Source: Octopus vulgaris (lineage: Eukaryota). Taken from it: 64,000 nt of DNA. The stretch spans positions 207,390,001 to 207,454,000 of the forward strand of contig OX597815.1 in the NCBI GenBank assembly GCA_951406725.2. The letters are read 5' to 3'. Shown piece after piece: positions 13,240-26,220 of the stretch (positions are counted from its first letter, which is position 1; the number at the start of each line of letters is the position of its first letter). A model generated the notes under the pieces. That model did not search any database. It was not told the origin of the DNA and saw nothing but the letters and a program-made list of their open reading frames with translations. Position numbers and translations under genes: made by a program.

Positions 13240-13445
13240 TGTGACTAACTGACAGAATAGTTAGCACGCCTTACCAAATGCTTAGTGGCATTTCAACTGT
13301 CTACATGTTCTGAGTTCTAAATCCATCGAGATTGACCCCGCCATTCATTCTTTCGGGGTCAATAAAATAAATACTTGTCACGCATTGAGGTCAATGTAAT
13401 TGACTTGTCCCTTCCTGTAAGCCTCCAGACCTTCTGTCTATAGCA
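13240..13445 (+). mobile_element. Degenerate SINE B
   Basis: GACAGAATAGTTAGCACGCC...TTCTGAGTTC...TTTCGGGGTCAATAAAATAA. Confidence 0.7.
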
Positions 13446-15164
13446 GAAATCTTCACTCTTACTCAGTTACCATTTAATCAATTAGCTAATCGACTGTTTG
13501 ATTAACCATTTGGTCAAACCACCAGTCAGGACTTTGACAAACGTGATTGATTGAGTGATTGAGTGGCTGAGTACACCAAGTTGTAAATCAAATACAAAAA
13601 TATAATACAATATATACAGAAAAGCAAATAAACAAAGAAGACAACCCAATCGCATAAGGAAGAAAAACGCACTTTGACCTCTTTTGGCCCAAGTTGAGTC
13701 ATGGAGGGCTCCGTACACGATTGGCCACGATCCACCAGCTGTCCTCATCAGCTGTCAATATGCCTCTGGCGCAGCCTTTATCAAAATATCTGGGTGTTGC
13801 CTGGTACTTGTCCTCCATTTCCTTTTTGTCAGCACAATGTTTAGCTGGTGCTCCTTTAATCTCAGCCATAGATTGATTATACTGGAGTCTAGCTTTCAGA
13901 TAACTGTAAAAATCATGCAAAACAACGATGTGGTGCCACTTTGTGATGGACGTCTATCACATATAAATGCCACACTAACACATTGCACGATGCTACACGA
14001 AAATCCACCGCTTGTTCTTGCTTGATTTTTTTTGTCTAGGGTCACTCATGCTTTTAATTCTCTCGTTGTTTTCTCAACATTTTCCCACCCCATATCCATC
14101 TTTACCTGATTCAGGTTACTGCTTCCACAACTGTGGCGATCCTCTGTTCCAGCTAATTCCAGAGAAGCCATCTAGCAACACGCGTAATATTGCAAACCAC
14201 TACTTTTAAAACGAATGTGTAATTAGTATGAAATATATAAAGACAAACCTTTCCTCATCTCCAGATAATGGGGTAGACTTTCAAATATTCCGAACTCGTT
14301 AGTGGTAAAAAGTGAATCCACGTTAAGTAAGCTATACACAATACTATTCTGAAACGATATTGTTTCCGTTGCTGATAAAGAATTTTTACCCAGCCTGCTA
14401 GTTATTTGCGATACCAGTGATTTGTTAATCACTATTTTTCTATATCAGTAGAAGCAAAATTTGCCTATGCGAGTGATTGATTGTAGATTGTTATTACGGA
14501 TTAAGTGCAATGACATAGAAATGAAGATTGAGGGATTCCACCACTGTTGCAGGACAATTTTCTCTGCTATGTATACTTCGGAGCATTTTAGCTCTGCAGT
14601 TTTGCAGCTTTTGGTAGTACAGCTATGCTAAGTAAGATATATAAATCCTATTCTAAACAATTTCTGTTTTACAAACGATTATCCCAGAATGAAATAAAAA
14701 GCTATGTTCTATAAGGGGTACTTAGTAAAGTGATCATCCACAGCGAACCAAAGGAAAACAAAAATAATAATAACTAAAACGGTAACTACAATAACAATTG
14801 GGAGCTATAGAAATAAAGCTTGAGATACATAAGAAAACATATTCCTTTGCAAAAAAACAAACATAACAACAATAACTAGCCAGACAAACGTAGTGGCAAT
14901 ACCTGTCTCTTCCTCCTCAGCGCTAGCACTCTTCCCTCGCTCTCTCTCTCTCTCTCTCTCACTTCGCCTCTCCCTTGAATTAACCACGTGACAGCGTCGC
15001 ACATTCGGTGTAAGCGTAATAACTATTACTTTCTCCACACCTCTCGCCGCTTATACTTTTTCTCCCGCACTTTGCTTCTCCTTTCATATAACCACCTGAC
15101 AGCGTAACACATTCGTTCTTAGCATATTAATATATGGATTCTTATTAATTTTTGCACGAGATCA

Positions 15165-15345
15165 CTGTTTTTAGTGGAGGAGGCTGGTGATTACATCGAC
15201 ACCATTGCTCGACTCCTTATTTTATCGATCCTCAAAAGATGAAAATTTAAGCCAATCTCGGGAAATTTGTACTCAGAACTCAAAGACAAATGAAATGCAG
15301 TCAAGCATGTTACTCGTCGTGCTAACAATACTGCCAGCTCGCCAT
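15165..15345 (-). mobile_element. Degenerate SINE B (-)
   Basis: TATTTTATCGATCC...CTCAGAAC...CTGCCAGCTCGCC. Confidence 0.65.
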
Positions 15346-15419
15346 CTTATAATAATAATGATAAAAATAATAATAATAATAATAATAACAATAATAATAA
15401 TAATAATAATAATAACGAT

Positions 15420-16025
15420 AATTTGTCACTGCCCTTCTTCATCATTTCTGGGGCACCTACAACAACAGGGATGGTTTTGGTTTTTAATTGCCACGTCTTA
15501 GATATTTCAATCTCAAGGTTCTTATATTTCGACAGTTTTTCAAATTCCTTTGCCGAGATGTTTCTATCAGAAGACACTATCATATCAATTAACAGGAATG
15601 TTTTTTGTCTTAGGTCTTTGATAACGATATCTGGTCGGTTATCATTTATTTGCCTGTCTCTATGTATCTCATAATCCCATAGGATGGTAAAATTCTCTTC
15701 CCCAGTGACTGATTCTGGATGGTATTCATACAAGTTTTTAGGGTGCAAGATATCATAGTGACAGTATACACTCCAGTGCAAGTATCGGCCAACTCGATTA
15801 CGCCTAGTTTATGTTCTATAGGGCAAAGACTGAACAAACAACAACAATGTGGTCAATTCTCTCTAGTTTATCATTCTAGAGTATACACTTTGTGTTTACC
15901 TCATTGCGTATGAGATTGGCTTGATAGGTCCGAGTGAGGAAACTCTGACCCTTGTTGCTATGATAAATCCTTTTGTTTCGGCTATCAAACTAGCACTATG
16001 TAGCCACTGATGAGTCCTCATATCT
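15420..16025 (-). pseudogene. R4/Dong-like non-LTR retrotransposon fragment (C-terminal region with restriction-like endonuclease)
   Basis: Minus frames THQWLHSASLIAETKGFIIA... and ILWDYEIHRDRQINDNRPDIVIKD...LLIDMIV...EKLSKYKNL...IPVVVGA (RPD..D..K..KY RLE motif); frameshifted; abuts (AAT)n. Confidence 0.85.
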
Positions 16026-16039
16026 ACTTTTTTACTCCT

Positions 16040-16150
16040 AAACGGTAAAAGGCAAATCGACCTCGGTAGAATTTGAACACAGAACATGAAGACGGACAAA
16101 ATACTGTTAAGCATTTTACCCGGCGTGCTAACGATTCTGCCAGCTCGCTG
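16040..16150 (-). mobile_element. SINE B head (-)
   Basis: CGACCTCGG.AGAATTTGAAC...GATTCTGCCAGCTCGC. Confidence 0.75.
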
Positions 16151-16190
16151 CATAAATAATAATAATAATAATAATAATATTTTTTTTTTT

Positions 16191-16308
16191 AAAATGAACA
16201 AACTATTGAGTTTAGTTTAATGGCCTATCAATGTATACTATGAGTTTCTTTGCCCTAGGAGTCGGGAAGACACTCGGCAAGAAATGGAAGCAAATTTGAA
16301 AGAAGAAG
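16191..16308 (+). mobile_element. Short repeat (probable retroelement 3' end) in (TAA)n; second copy inverted at 56674-56790
   Basis: TACTATGAGTTTCTTTGCCCTAGGAGTCGGGAAGACACTCGGCAAGAAATGGAA is shared by both copies, both next to (TAA)n. Confidence 0.75.
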
Positions 16309-16352
<44 letters not shown>

Positions 16353-16553
16353 CCTTTCTACTATAAGCACAAGGCCTGAAATGTGGGACTAGTCGATTAT
16401 ATCGACTCCAGTGTTTCACTGATACTTAATCTATCGACCTCGAAAAGATGAAAGCAATGTCGACCTCGGCGGAATTTGAACTCAGAACGTGGCGACGGGC
16501 GAAATATCGCTATGCATTTTGCCCGGCGTGAACGGTTCTGCCAGCTCGCTGCC

Positions 16554-16555
<2 letters not shown>
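16353..16555 (-). mobile_element. SINE B (-) between (TAA)n tracts
   Basis: GTCGACCTCGGCGGAATTTGAACTCAGAACG...GCCAGCTCGCTGCC. Confidence 0.85.
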
Positions 16556-16589
<34 letters not shown>

Positions 16590-16854
16590 GAAGAAGAAGA
16601 AAAAGAAGAAAAAGAAGTAGAATTAAACGATTGATAGTTGTAAGCAGGTGTGTGTGTATATATAAAAGACAGATCAAATCTATAGAAAATAGGCAAACAT
16701 TAACTGTAACAAATATAAAGTAAATTCCCAGAAGTTTCTCATATTTTTTAATCTTATTGTTATTAATTCTGTTTCGTTACGCACACTTGCTTATAAGAAT
16801 TGACTATGTACGTATGGAAGTGTAACAGTCTCTCCGTCTGTCTGACTATGTATG

Positions 16855-16932
<78 letters not shown>

Positions 16933-17032
16933 ATAAGAAATGGATATAATGACTGTACCTACCCACCTAATAACCAGGAGCGACTCTGGATTTAATTATC
17001 CCTTAGAGGTATTAAACTCCTCTAACTTTATA

Positions 17033-17083
<51 letters not shown>

Positions 17084-17475
17084 CTAGATATGCACGCGCG
17101 TGTGCGTGTGTTCGTGTATGCTTCTGAATAAATGTATAAATGAACGAGTAGAAGCAACAGTAAAAGTATATATGCATATATGCTATGAATATTCATATAA
17201 ATACAGGCGTGTATAACTCTACAAATGTACGTATATGTGCGCATATATTCATTCACAATTTTGCACGGTCTGAATTAATCTACACAGAAAGGAGACTAAG
17301 TTATGAGCTTCAAAAGTGACCTTGCACATTAATACAATGATATATTATGTGGAAAGTATACTTAACTTCCTTGTCTTAATCAGAGAAGACAGCAACCATG
17401 ACTTTTCACAAGGGGAGCCTCTAAGAGTGGCGGTGAAAAGTTGGTGGAACCACTGCTTAATGAATATACTGCAGT

Positions 17476-17851
17476 GTGTGGAAGCACTCCGTCGGTTACG
17501 ACGACGACGAGGGTTCCGGTTGATCCGAATCAACGGAACAACCTGCTCGTGAAATTAACGTGTAAGTGGCTGAGCATTCCACAGACACGTGTACCCCCAA
17601 TGTAGTTCTCGGGGATATTCAGCGTGACACAGAGAGTGACAAGGCCGGGCCTTTGAAATACAGGCACAACAGAAACAGGAAGTAAGAGTGAGAGAAAATT
17701 GTGGTGAAAGAGTACAGCAGGGATCACCACCATCCCCTGCCGGAGCCTCGTGGAGCTTTAGGTGTTTTCGCTCAATAAACACTCACAATCGAAACTGCGA
17801 TCCTATGACCGCGAGTCCGCTGCCCTAACCACTGGGCCATTGCGCCTCCAC
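17476..17851 (-). mobile_element. tRNA-derived SINE family C1 with 10-bp TSD
   Basis: Head GTGGAGGCGCAATGGCCCAGTGGTTAGGGCAGCGGACTCGCGG on -; TSD ATACTGCAGT at 17466-17475 and 17852-17861. Confidence 0.88.
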
Positions 17852-18139
17852 ATACTGCAGTACGAAGCAGCAGATTAAGGAATCAAGATTGGAGACTTGA
17901 AGTTGAATTCGGAATACTTGAACAGAGCTGATCCCGTTAAAATATTCCCCTTGTCATGCCAATGACATGTTAATTCTACCGCTACATGACGATGGGAAGT
18001 ATTCCAAATGAAACTTGACAAAGAAGTGTTGATTTGAACGAAAGCGTTTGAACTTCGTGAGGGTTTTTTTATCGGAAATTGGACGTAGAGTCAAAAATAA
18101 CTACATCGTCATTGAGTCACTTTAGTAATATTGGTTTGG

Positions 18140-18340
18140 TTTCAAATTTTGGCACACAGCCAGCAATTTTGAAGGACGAGGTAAATTGATTACATCAGCC
18201 GCCAGTGCTCAACTGGTACTTATTTTATCGACCCTGAAAGGATGAAAGTCAAATTCAACTCCCGTGGCATTTGAACTGAGAACCTAAAGTCGAAAGAAAT
18301 GCTGCTAAGCATTTTTTCGGTGCGTAACGATTCTGCCATT
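18140..18340 (-). mobile_element. SINE B (-)
   Basis: AACTGGTACTTATTTTATCGACCC.GAAAGGATGAAAG motif. Confidence 0.75.
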
Positions 18341-19994
18341 AAAGTCTTCTACGATGTAAAACTTTACTGTTCCGTAAATACAAATGGACTTCAAAATGTC
18401 TCCTGTATTGTAAAGGTTTTTCACGTCATAAATTTATGCATTTCTCATTGAAAAATTTTCTTACGTGTATTGTTAAATGATATCTTATTATGCACGAAAG
18501 AATAAAATACTATTAATGTAATACTATTCTAGATATCAAAGACTGGATAGTTTAAATTCATTGCTACAGTTTTCCTTGTTCTCTTTCGCTTTAGTTTTCA
18601 GTTTTCTTGCAAAATATTTCTCCGGCGGTAGTTTAAAACTCATGTTTACCAAATGCATGATTGTCTCGGTCAACAACTTCAGCTAAGATGTGGATTTTCT
18701 TTGGCTGAAGAATTGACACCAACGTTGTAGTGGAAGTGTGAGATTGTTACATCATTTACTTATTGCATTGAGATCAGAGAGTCACTTATCCATCTAAATG
18801 TCTCACTACATCAGTTAGTGTTTCATTCCAATTTTTTCTTCATAAAAACAACCAATCCTCGGCAACGCTTCATAGTTTCTGCTTATATATCTCATACAGG
18901 ATTTAGACGTGATAATCTAACTTTCGACCCTATTCTGAAGAGTTTTTGGATTGTAGTATATTAAACGGCAAATCTCCTGGACTTTAAAGCTCTACCATGA
19001 GAAACAATTTACCGTGATCTCTAACGTATGAAGTTTCAACGGTTGTTATACTATAAAGTGTATAAAATTACATGTTTTCTCTCCCGCAAACAAGGCCACC
19101 CGGTGGCCCCGGATATAGGAGCAGACTAGTGGTTTTCTGCTACTGGGATGCAAACTGGAGCTTCATCCACCCCGGCTGTGTTAACTGGGAAAGGGTGTAT
19201 GATATTGAAAAACCCGAAAGCCCTTGAAACTCCAGAAACAGCACTGAGGTTATTGCCCCGAGACATATTAGGGGGCAATTCTAATAAACTTGAAGCTCTA
19301 TCGTTAGAAGCCTTTTAATCATAATCTCCAGCTTAGGAGGTTTGTTATATTATTAAGTTTGCTCATTAGGGTGTTAATAAAATGTCAAGTATTGGATTAG
19401 GGCATTCATATAGTTCTAATTCACTGACGTTTAAATAAGGACTTCGTCAGAGAGATTTTTCGGATTCAAAATCCTTGCCGACATATTGATCTTTCAGCAT
19501 GCTGGCATGGAGGCCAACCGCCACAGGGATTATTTTGCAAATTGTAACACATTTATTTGGTAAGATACACATAGATTCAATTTCTATCAGTTTATTCATT
19601 GTTAATTACACTTAAATTGTTGTTTCTATAAAGTGTTCACAGTTTAATGCCGTTGTATTTTAAGTTTTGCTCCGGCCCGCTCAACATCGTTTCCCCTCTG
19701 CCGAAAAGGCAATTGTTTCCACGCCTGCTAGATAAGTTATTTTTTGTCTCATTTTGTCTAAAGTCGTAAGACACCCGCTGTTATCCCGTTTTTAATTTTG
19801 TTTTCGTTTTTTGTATTTATATTCGTCTCTGTTGCGTTTACATTCGTTCCTTTCAACCAAGAAATCTGGTGCTCACAGCTTGGTTTTTCCTTGGGGCTGG
19901 CCGAGTTGGAGCAAATATCAGAATTAATCAGCCGAAATTTGCCATGATGATTCGGTTTCTGACTGGGGATTGAAGGCTTCGGGTGACCTTCTGT

Positions 19995-20118
19995 TTTCAG
20001 TTTCCGTCTACCAAATCCACTCACAAGGCTTTGGTCGGCCCGAGGCTATAGTAGAAGACACTTGCCCAAGGTGCCATGCAGTGGGACTGAACCCGGAACC
20101 ATGTGGTTGGTAGGTAAG

Positions 20119-20120
<2 letters not shown>
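19995..20120 (-). mobile_element. SINE A 5' fragment (-)
   Basis: TTTCAGTTTCCGTCTACCAAATCCACTCACAAGG...GGAACCATGTGGTTGG. Confidence 0.85.
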
Positions 20121-20159
<39 letters not shown>

Positions 20160-20751
20160 AATGCGCTGCTCTATTTTAGCCGTGGCTCTGCTAAAAACAA
20201 ATTAGAGCATAAGAAAAAACTAAATAACAGACACAGTCATATTTATATACTTGTCTCATAATAACACAGCTATAATCTAATCTGTAGTATTCAAATATCT
20301 ATTAATATACGAAAAACCTTTGATGACAGCCAGACTTCTAGATTATGAAAACTACAAAATCTTAATATTCTTCCGAGAAAAAAAGACGCGTAAAATCGAC
20401 ATAAACACAAAATTAATCGAACATAACTTTACACACTACAAGTTTATTGTCTTGTACTAGCATCTGGAGAACAATTCTATATTTTATTGAATATTTAATA
20501 AAAAATTGCATTATAGATGCTTGCTTCGATTTTTTCGTCTTCCTTATGCGCTTGCTTGATCCTATAGCAGTTAATTATTCTTTGAAGTTGTCTTCTGATT
20601 TGCTTTTCTCTTTCTGTATTCAAATCGATATCCGTTATTTGCCACTTGCTTTCCCTCTTCAAAATATTCAAGTTCTTTAAGAATTTCTCTCGTTTACACC
20701 TCATCTTTATCTGTTCCGTCTTGGGCAATCAACAGCATATATATATATATA

Positions 20752-20787
<36 letters not shown>

Positions 20788-21176
20788 TATGTATTAGGTC
20801 CTGGTATGTGGTATGGTAGAAAGATACTGTATTTCCAATGCAACACTCGACCCGAGTTCTGAGCTATCAGCACTATCAGATTCCTGGCTAATACCGAAAT
20901 TCTTCCCATGTACAAAATCCTGGTTTCACGACGGTAAAACCGTTGCATAGATTTAGCGAAGAGTAAAATATAATCCAAATTATAACAGAAACATATTCTT
21001 TAGCACGTCTTTAATGATCAGTTACAGTTGTTTCCGTACCCACTGAACAAAGCAGAGTTGCTCCAGAAACATGTGTAATTGTTAATTAAACATGCTAAAG
21101 TATTTTATTGTCTTATTTGGATTACACATACACAAACACACAGAAACACACACGTGTCTGTGTGTAAAGGCTTTGA

Positions 21177-21479
21177 ATTTTCAAGTTTGTTCCTTCTCAA
21201 GTCATGCCTGGCTCATACGGACCGGTTTCCCAGTTTCCTTGGCGTATAGGTTCCCCACCTGGACGGGACGCCGGTCCGTCGCAGGTGAGGTGCAAGAGGA
21301 AACTGTGAAAGAAAGTTGTGGCGAAAGAGTCAGCAGAAGTTCATCAATACCTTCTGCCGGAGTCGCATGGAGCTTAGGTTTTTCGCTTATAAACACACAC
21401 ATCACCCGGTCTGAGATTCGAACCCGCGATCCCTCGACCGTGAGTCCGCTACTCTAATCACTAGGTCATGTGCCTCCAC
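21177..21479 (-). mobile_element. tRNA-derived SINE family C2 with 11-bp TSD
   Basis: B box GGTTCGAATCTC on -; TSD AAAGGCTTTGA at 21166-21176 and 21480-21490. Confidence 0.88.
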
Positions 21480-21929
21480 AAAGGCTTTGACTGCTTACTG
21501 GTAACATATAATGTAACACAGCCTATGGCTTAGCTGGATTGCCGAAACTTATCCTGCACTAGGTTAACTTGGTCAGGAGATTTATTAGAAAATAGGCAGG
21601 ACAGATAAAAAACCCGCTAAAATGCCTATGAATCTTGTATAAGGTAGAGGTAAAAGGGTTATTTGGCAATACCTACGTTTCGAAGGGAACTAAGTTGGAA
21701 AGTTTCCAGAAGAATACTTCATAGGAAGTTGCGTCCTTTGGCTCATGCTGGAAAAACCGAAGTAAACCTGTTCAAAAATCTCAGTTAAACGCAGCAGGTG
21801 CGTTTAACGTTGTATTGTGGTTGCATGCGTTATTTTGTATACTCCTGTCTAAGCATAGAATCTGTGTAGGCGTTTGTTAAGTATGAGTGGACAACCTTCA
21901 GCAAGAAGGAAAATCACTTTTCACATGGA

Positions 21930-22340
21930 CAGGAGGAGTGGCTGTGTGGTAAGTAGCTTGCTTAAGAACTACATGGTTCTGGGTTCAGTCCCACTGCATG
22001 ACACCTTGGGCAAGTGTCTTCTACTATAGCCTCGGGCCGACCAAAGCCTTGTGAGTGGATTTGATAGACGGAAACTGAAAGAAGCCTGTCGTATATATGT
22101 ATATATATATATATATATGTGTGCGTGTATGTTTGTGTGTCTGTGTTTGTCCCCCTAGCATTGCTTGACAACCGATGCTGGTGTGTTTATGTCCCCGCCA
22201 CTTAGCGGTTCGGCAAAAGAGACCGATAGAATAAGTACTGAGCTTACAAAGAATAAGTCCCGGGGTCGATTTGCTCGATTAAAGGCGGTGCTCCAGCATG
22301 GCCGCAGTCAAATGACTGAAACAAGTAAAAAGAGTAAGAG
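21930..22340 (+). mobile_element. SINE family A
   Basis: Matches the family consensus over its full length. Confidence 0.9.
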
Positions 22341-22684
22341 AGAGATGGACAGCTGCGATCTATATGGGGTCCGCATCCCACCCTTTCTTTGCATGTACCC
22401 GTTATATCTGGCAAGTAGTACGCTATGCACCGGTTCAGGTTACCTAATTGGTAGGAGAGAGTCGGGTACACGCTCCACAGCCCTGCCTCCTCCGCTTAAA
22501 TGTTTTCTGTTGATTGTTCAGTTACGGCCCTTTATTTTTTTCCTTTCAATGTCATGGTGAGCGGAACAGTCGAAGTATAATGCTGGGTATTCCAAGTGCG
22601 TGCTTTATAAACACGTAACCAGTGCTGTTGAGAAGATCGTTCACCGCTCTTGATGAAGTGATCCATCAAACACACACACATACA

Positions 22685-22740
<56 letters not shown>

Positions 22741-23631
22741 GCATGTATATATTTGTGTAGTTGTGTATGCATGTATTTATGTATATGTGAGTGATGTGTA
22801 CAATGGAACATACTTATGTGTGTGTGTGTGTACATACATATATATATACAACCTTGTATATAAATATATATCTTCAAAGTATACATTTCTGCCTACAGGG
22901 AAATGCAAATATATATATATATATATATATACATACGTATGCTACTACTATTCTCAGAATCTAATTTGCTGAATCTGTATCTAACGTCGCTTGAAATGTT
23001 GACATTTAAGGACATTTAACTCAAATTCTGCTAGTCAATTTACAAAATGTTCCAGCTTAGGGACACACCAAATATATGGCAATGTTTTCAAAAGAACTTT
23101 TCTTTCATGAAATATCACATTTTTTCCCCTGAAATTTGTTATACATAAAAGAGGCACTTGATATTAATACAAAGACTAAGTTGCATTTTTACAAGACTTT
23201 TGTCGCTATTGCTTTATTTTATGTACATTTAAATGTTGAAATGTTTAAAATGTATTATTTATTTGTCTTTTTATATATTAAATGAAATTGTTTTCAAATG
23301 CGTTATTGTTTGGATAAATATATTTTGACATATAATTTTCATATTGTATTTCGTTCATTTTTTTAAAACAATTTTAATCCTATCTCTCTTTTGAGAATTA
23401 TTTTTCAATGCGTTCAGCATGATATTTACTATATTTGCAACACAGCTCATTGGTGATAATTGTCTAAAATACAGTATATTCTTGAAATATTATTTTAAAC
23501 ACCTAGCCATTTTTCTAAGTTCTATTCCATCAACACCCTCAGAAAAAGCAGGTTAGTGGTTCTCGACCTATCGTAACTTTAATAGTAGATGTATACGCAT
23601 GCATTCGCGCACACACATGCAACAAACAGGA

Positions 23632-23664
<33 letters not shown>

Positions 23665-23742
23665 TGTATGTATGTATGTATGTATGTATGTATGTATGTA
23701 TGTATGTGTGTATGTATGTATACATGTATGTGTGCGTGTATA

Positions 23743-23773
<31 letters not shown>

Positions 23774-23778
23774 CAAAG

Positions 23779-25793
23779 GAAAATAAGAAAAGGTAGAAAA
23801 TGCTAAAATAATTTTATAATGAAATACATTTTGTAACGGTTCGTACCGGTTTTTGTCTTTTCGACTTTTTCAACTAGGAGTAGAACGAAGGTGGATATTA
23901 AGAAGAAAAACTATTTATTTGAAGAAAAAAAATCAAATGAAATGTTTTGTATATATTTTCATAATATTCAAATAGGTGGGACATTTTCCTTTTTTCTTTC
24001 TCTCTTTTCTTTTGTGAAGGCTCGTAAGGTAGGTAGTAGCAGATCTAAAAAAAATGTATTTATCGGTGTAGAGATATACTTGGTTCTGAAGTTTGATGGT
24101 GTGAGCAGCAGCAGCAGAAGAAGGCGAAAAGTAGGGGAAGGGGAAGAGGAAGAAGAAGAAGAAGAAGAAGAAGAAGAGAGGGAAGAGGCAGAAGAAGTGA
24201 AGTAGAAGAAAAAAGACGGGAGTGGTATTACCCAGTAGTACAGGCATTAACAACTTCGATTCTTCGACATCGTCATTAAGAAATCCAACAGAAACATAGA
24301 AATAGACATAGAAAAGCCCACTGATTCCAAGCAATATCTATCATTCAACTCATACCACCCAAGACACACTAGATTAAATATCCCTTTCAACCTGGCCGAA
24401 AGAATTTGCACTATAGTATCTGATACAAGCACCAGGGACGCATGACAACATGAACAAAAGGTTACCCACCATCCATAATTGATATCGGTTTTCAACGTGC
24501 CCTACAACTTTACATCCACGAACTAAAGAATGAATTACAGCTAAAAGCCTTACCGTACATATCCACACACAACACGTAAACAATGAGACCTTCGACACCA
24601 TCCTCCAGAACATTCCTTTACTAAAAGGGGACCAGAGAATTAATAAAATTCTCCAAACGCACACCATCATAAAGAGCAAAAGACAGCCCAAGTCAATGAA
24701 AAATATTCTAGCACATAGCCAAGGACACTCGTCAACAACATCGAAGCCGGTAGTAAAAAAATGCGAAACACCTACTTGTAGTATATACGTCAACCTAATT
24801 GAGGGATCGGTGTTGTTCAAACAGAGTCAACGTTTTACAGGGAAAAACAACTTTACATGTGTTTTGGAGAACCTAATATATGTGTGAACTTGTTCAGGGT
24901 GTCAAGAGTAATACATTGGTCAAACTAAAAACAGTCTACGCCAGAGGATGACAGTACATAGGTCCCAACTTAAAATACGCGAATACAGGAAAAATAACAT
25001 TAAGTGAACACATCGATATTTACACTACGAATGAACAACCCAATTTCGTGATAATGCTTCCTACTATCAGCGAATTAGTAAAGAATCATATTTTATCGCA
25101 AAATATAACCTCTTTTTAATGCTTGCACCACAGATGACACTACCTTAGGGATCTTAGAATAATAGCCACAGAAATATTAAATACGATAGATATATTAACA
25201 GTCGTTTCCCACGAATTTATTTAGAACAGTTCCTGCTATTACTGCTGCTACAACCACAACATGTCACTTTGAGGTTACTTGACCATTAAAGTAAATTCCA
25301 CGGAGAGCTTCTACTACTGGATAATACCGCTCCCGTCTTCTTTTCCTTCTTCTTCTTCTTTTCCTTCTTCTTCTTCTTCTTGTTTTCCTTCTTCTTCTTC
25401 CCCTCCTTTTCGCCTTCGCCGTCTTCAGCTGCTGCTGCTGCTGAAACCATTAAACTTCAGTACCAAATATATCTCTGCGCCCATATATACAATTTTTCAG
25501 ATCTGCTACTACCTACCTTACGAGCCTTCGAAAAAACCGAGAGAGAGAGAGAGAGGGAGAGACAGACAGACAGACAAACTGAGAAAATAGAAAAATGCCT
25601 AACATCTTTGAAGACTATGGAAATATTTACTAGACATTTCATTTAATTTTATCTTTTAATAGGTTTTCTTCTCAATATCTACCTTTGTTTTACTCAGTCG
25701 AAAAAGTTGAAAAGGAAGAAACCAGTACTAACCGTTAAAAATGTAATTTCGTGATAAAATTATTTTAGCATTTTCTACCTTGTCTTATTTTTC
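23779..25793 (+). mobile_element. Decayed 5'-truncated Penelope-like element with inverted pseudo-LTRs (about 23779-24240 / 25312-25793)
   Basis: RT thumb remnant KPTDSKQYLSFNSYHPRHTRLNIPFNLAERICTIVSD (about 24310-24425) and GIY-YIG remnant FTCVLENLIYV*TCSGCQE*YIGQTKNSLRQRMTVHR (about 24850-24965). Diverged inverted arms of about 460 bp; TA-rich microsatellites on both sides. Confidence 0.9.
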
Positions 25794-25824
25794 ATATACA
25801 TATAAGCTTGTGTGTCACTTTTCA

Positions 25825-26220
25825 ATATTATATATATATGTGTGTGTATGTATATATGCATATATATATATGTATATATGTATATATATATATATGTATA
25901 TACATATATGCATATATATACATTTATATATACATATATATATACGTATATATATGCATATATATATACATATATATATATGTATATATACATATACATA
26001 TATATATATATATGTATATACATATACATATATATATATATATATATTTATATACATATATATAGACATATATATATATATACATGCATATATACACATA
26101 TATATATGCATATATGTATATATATATATGCACACGCATATGTATATATATATACATATAAATATATATGTACATACATATATATGTATATATATGTGTG
26201 TGTGTTTGTGTGTGTGTGTG
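25825..26220. repeat. Compound (TA/CA/TG)n microsatellite
   Basis: Direct inspection. Confidence 0.95.
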
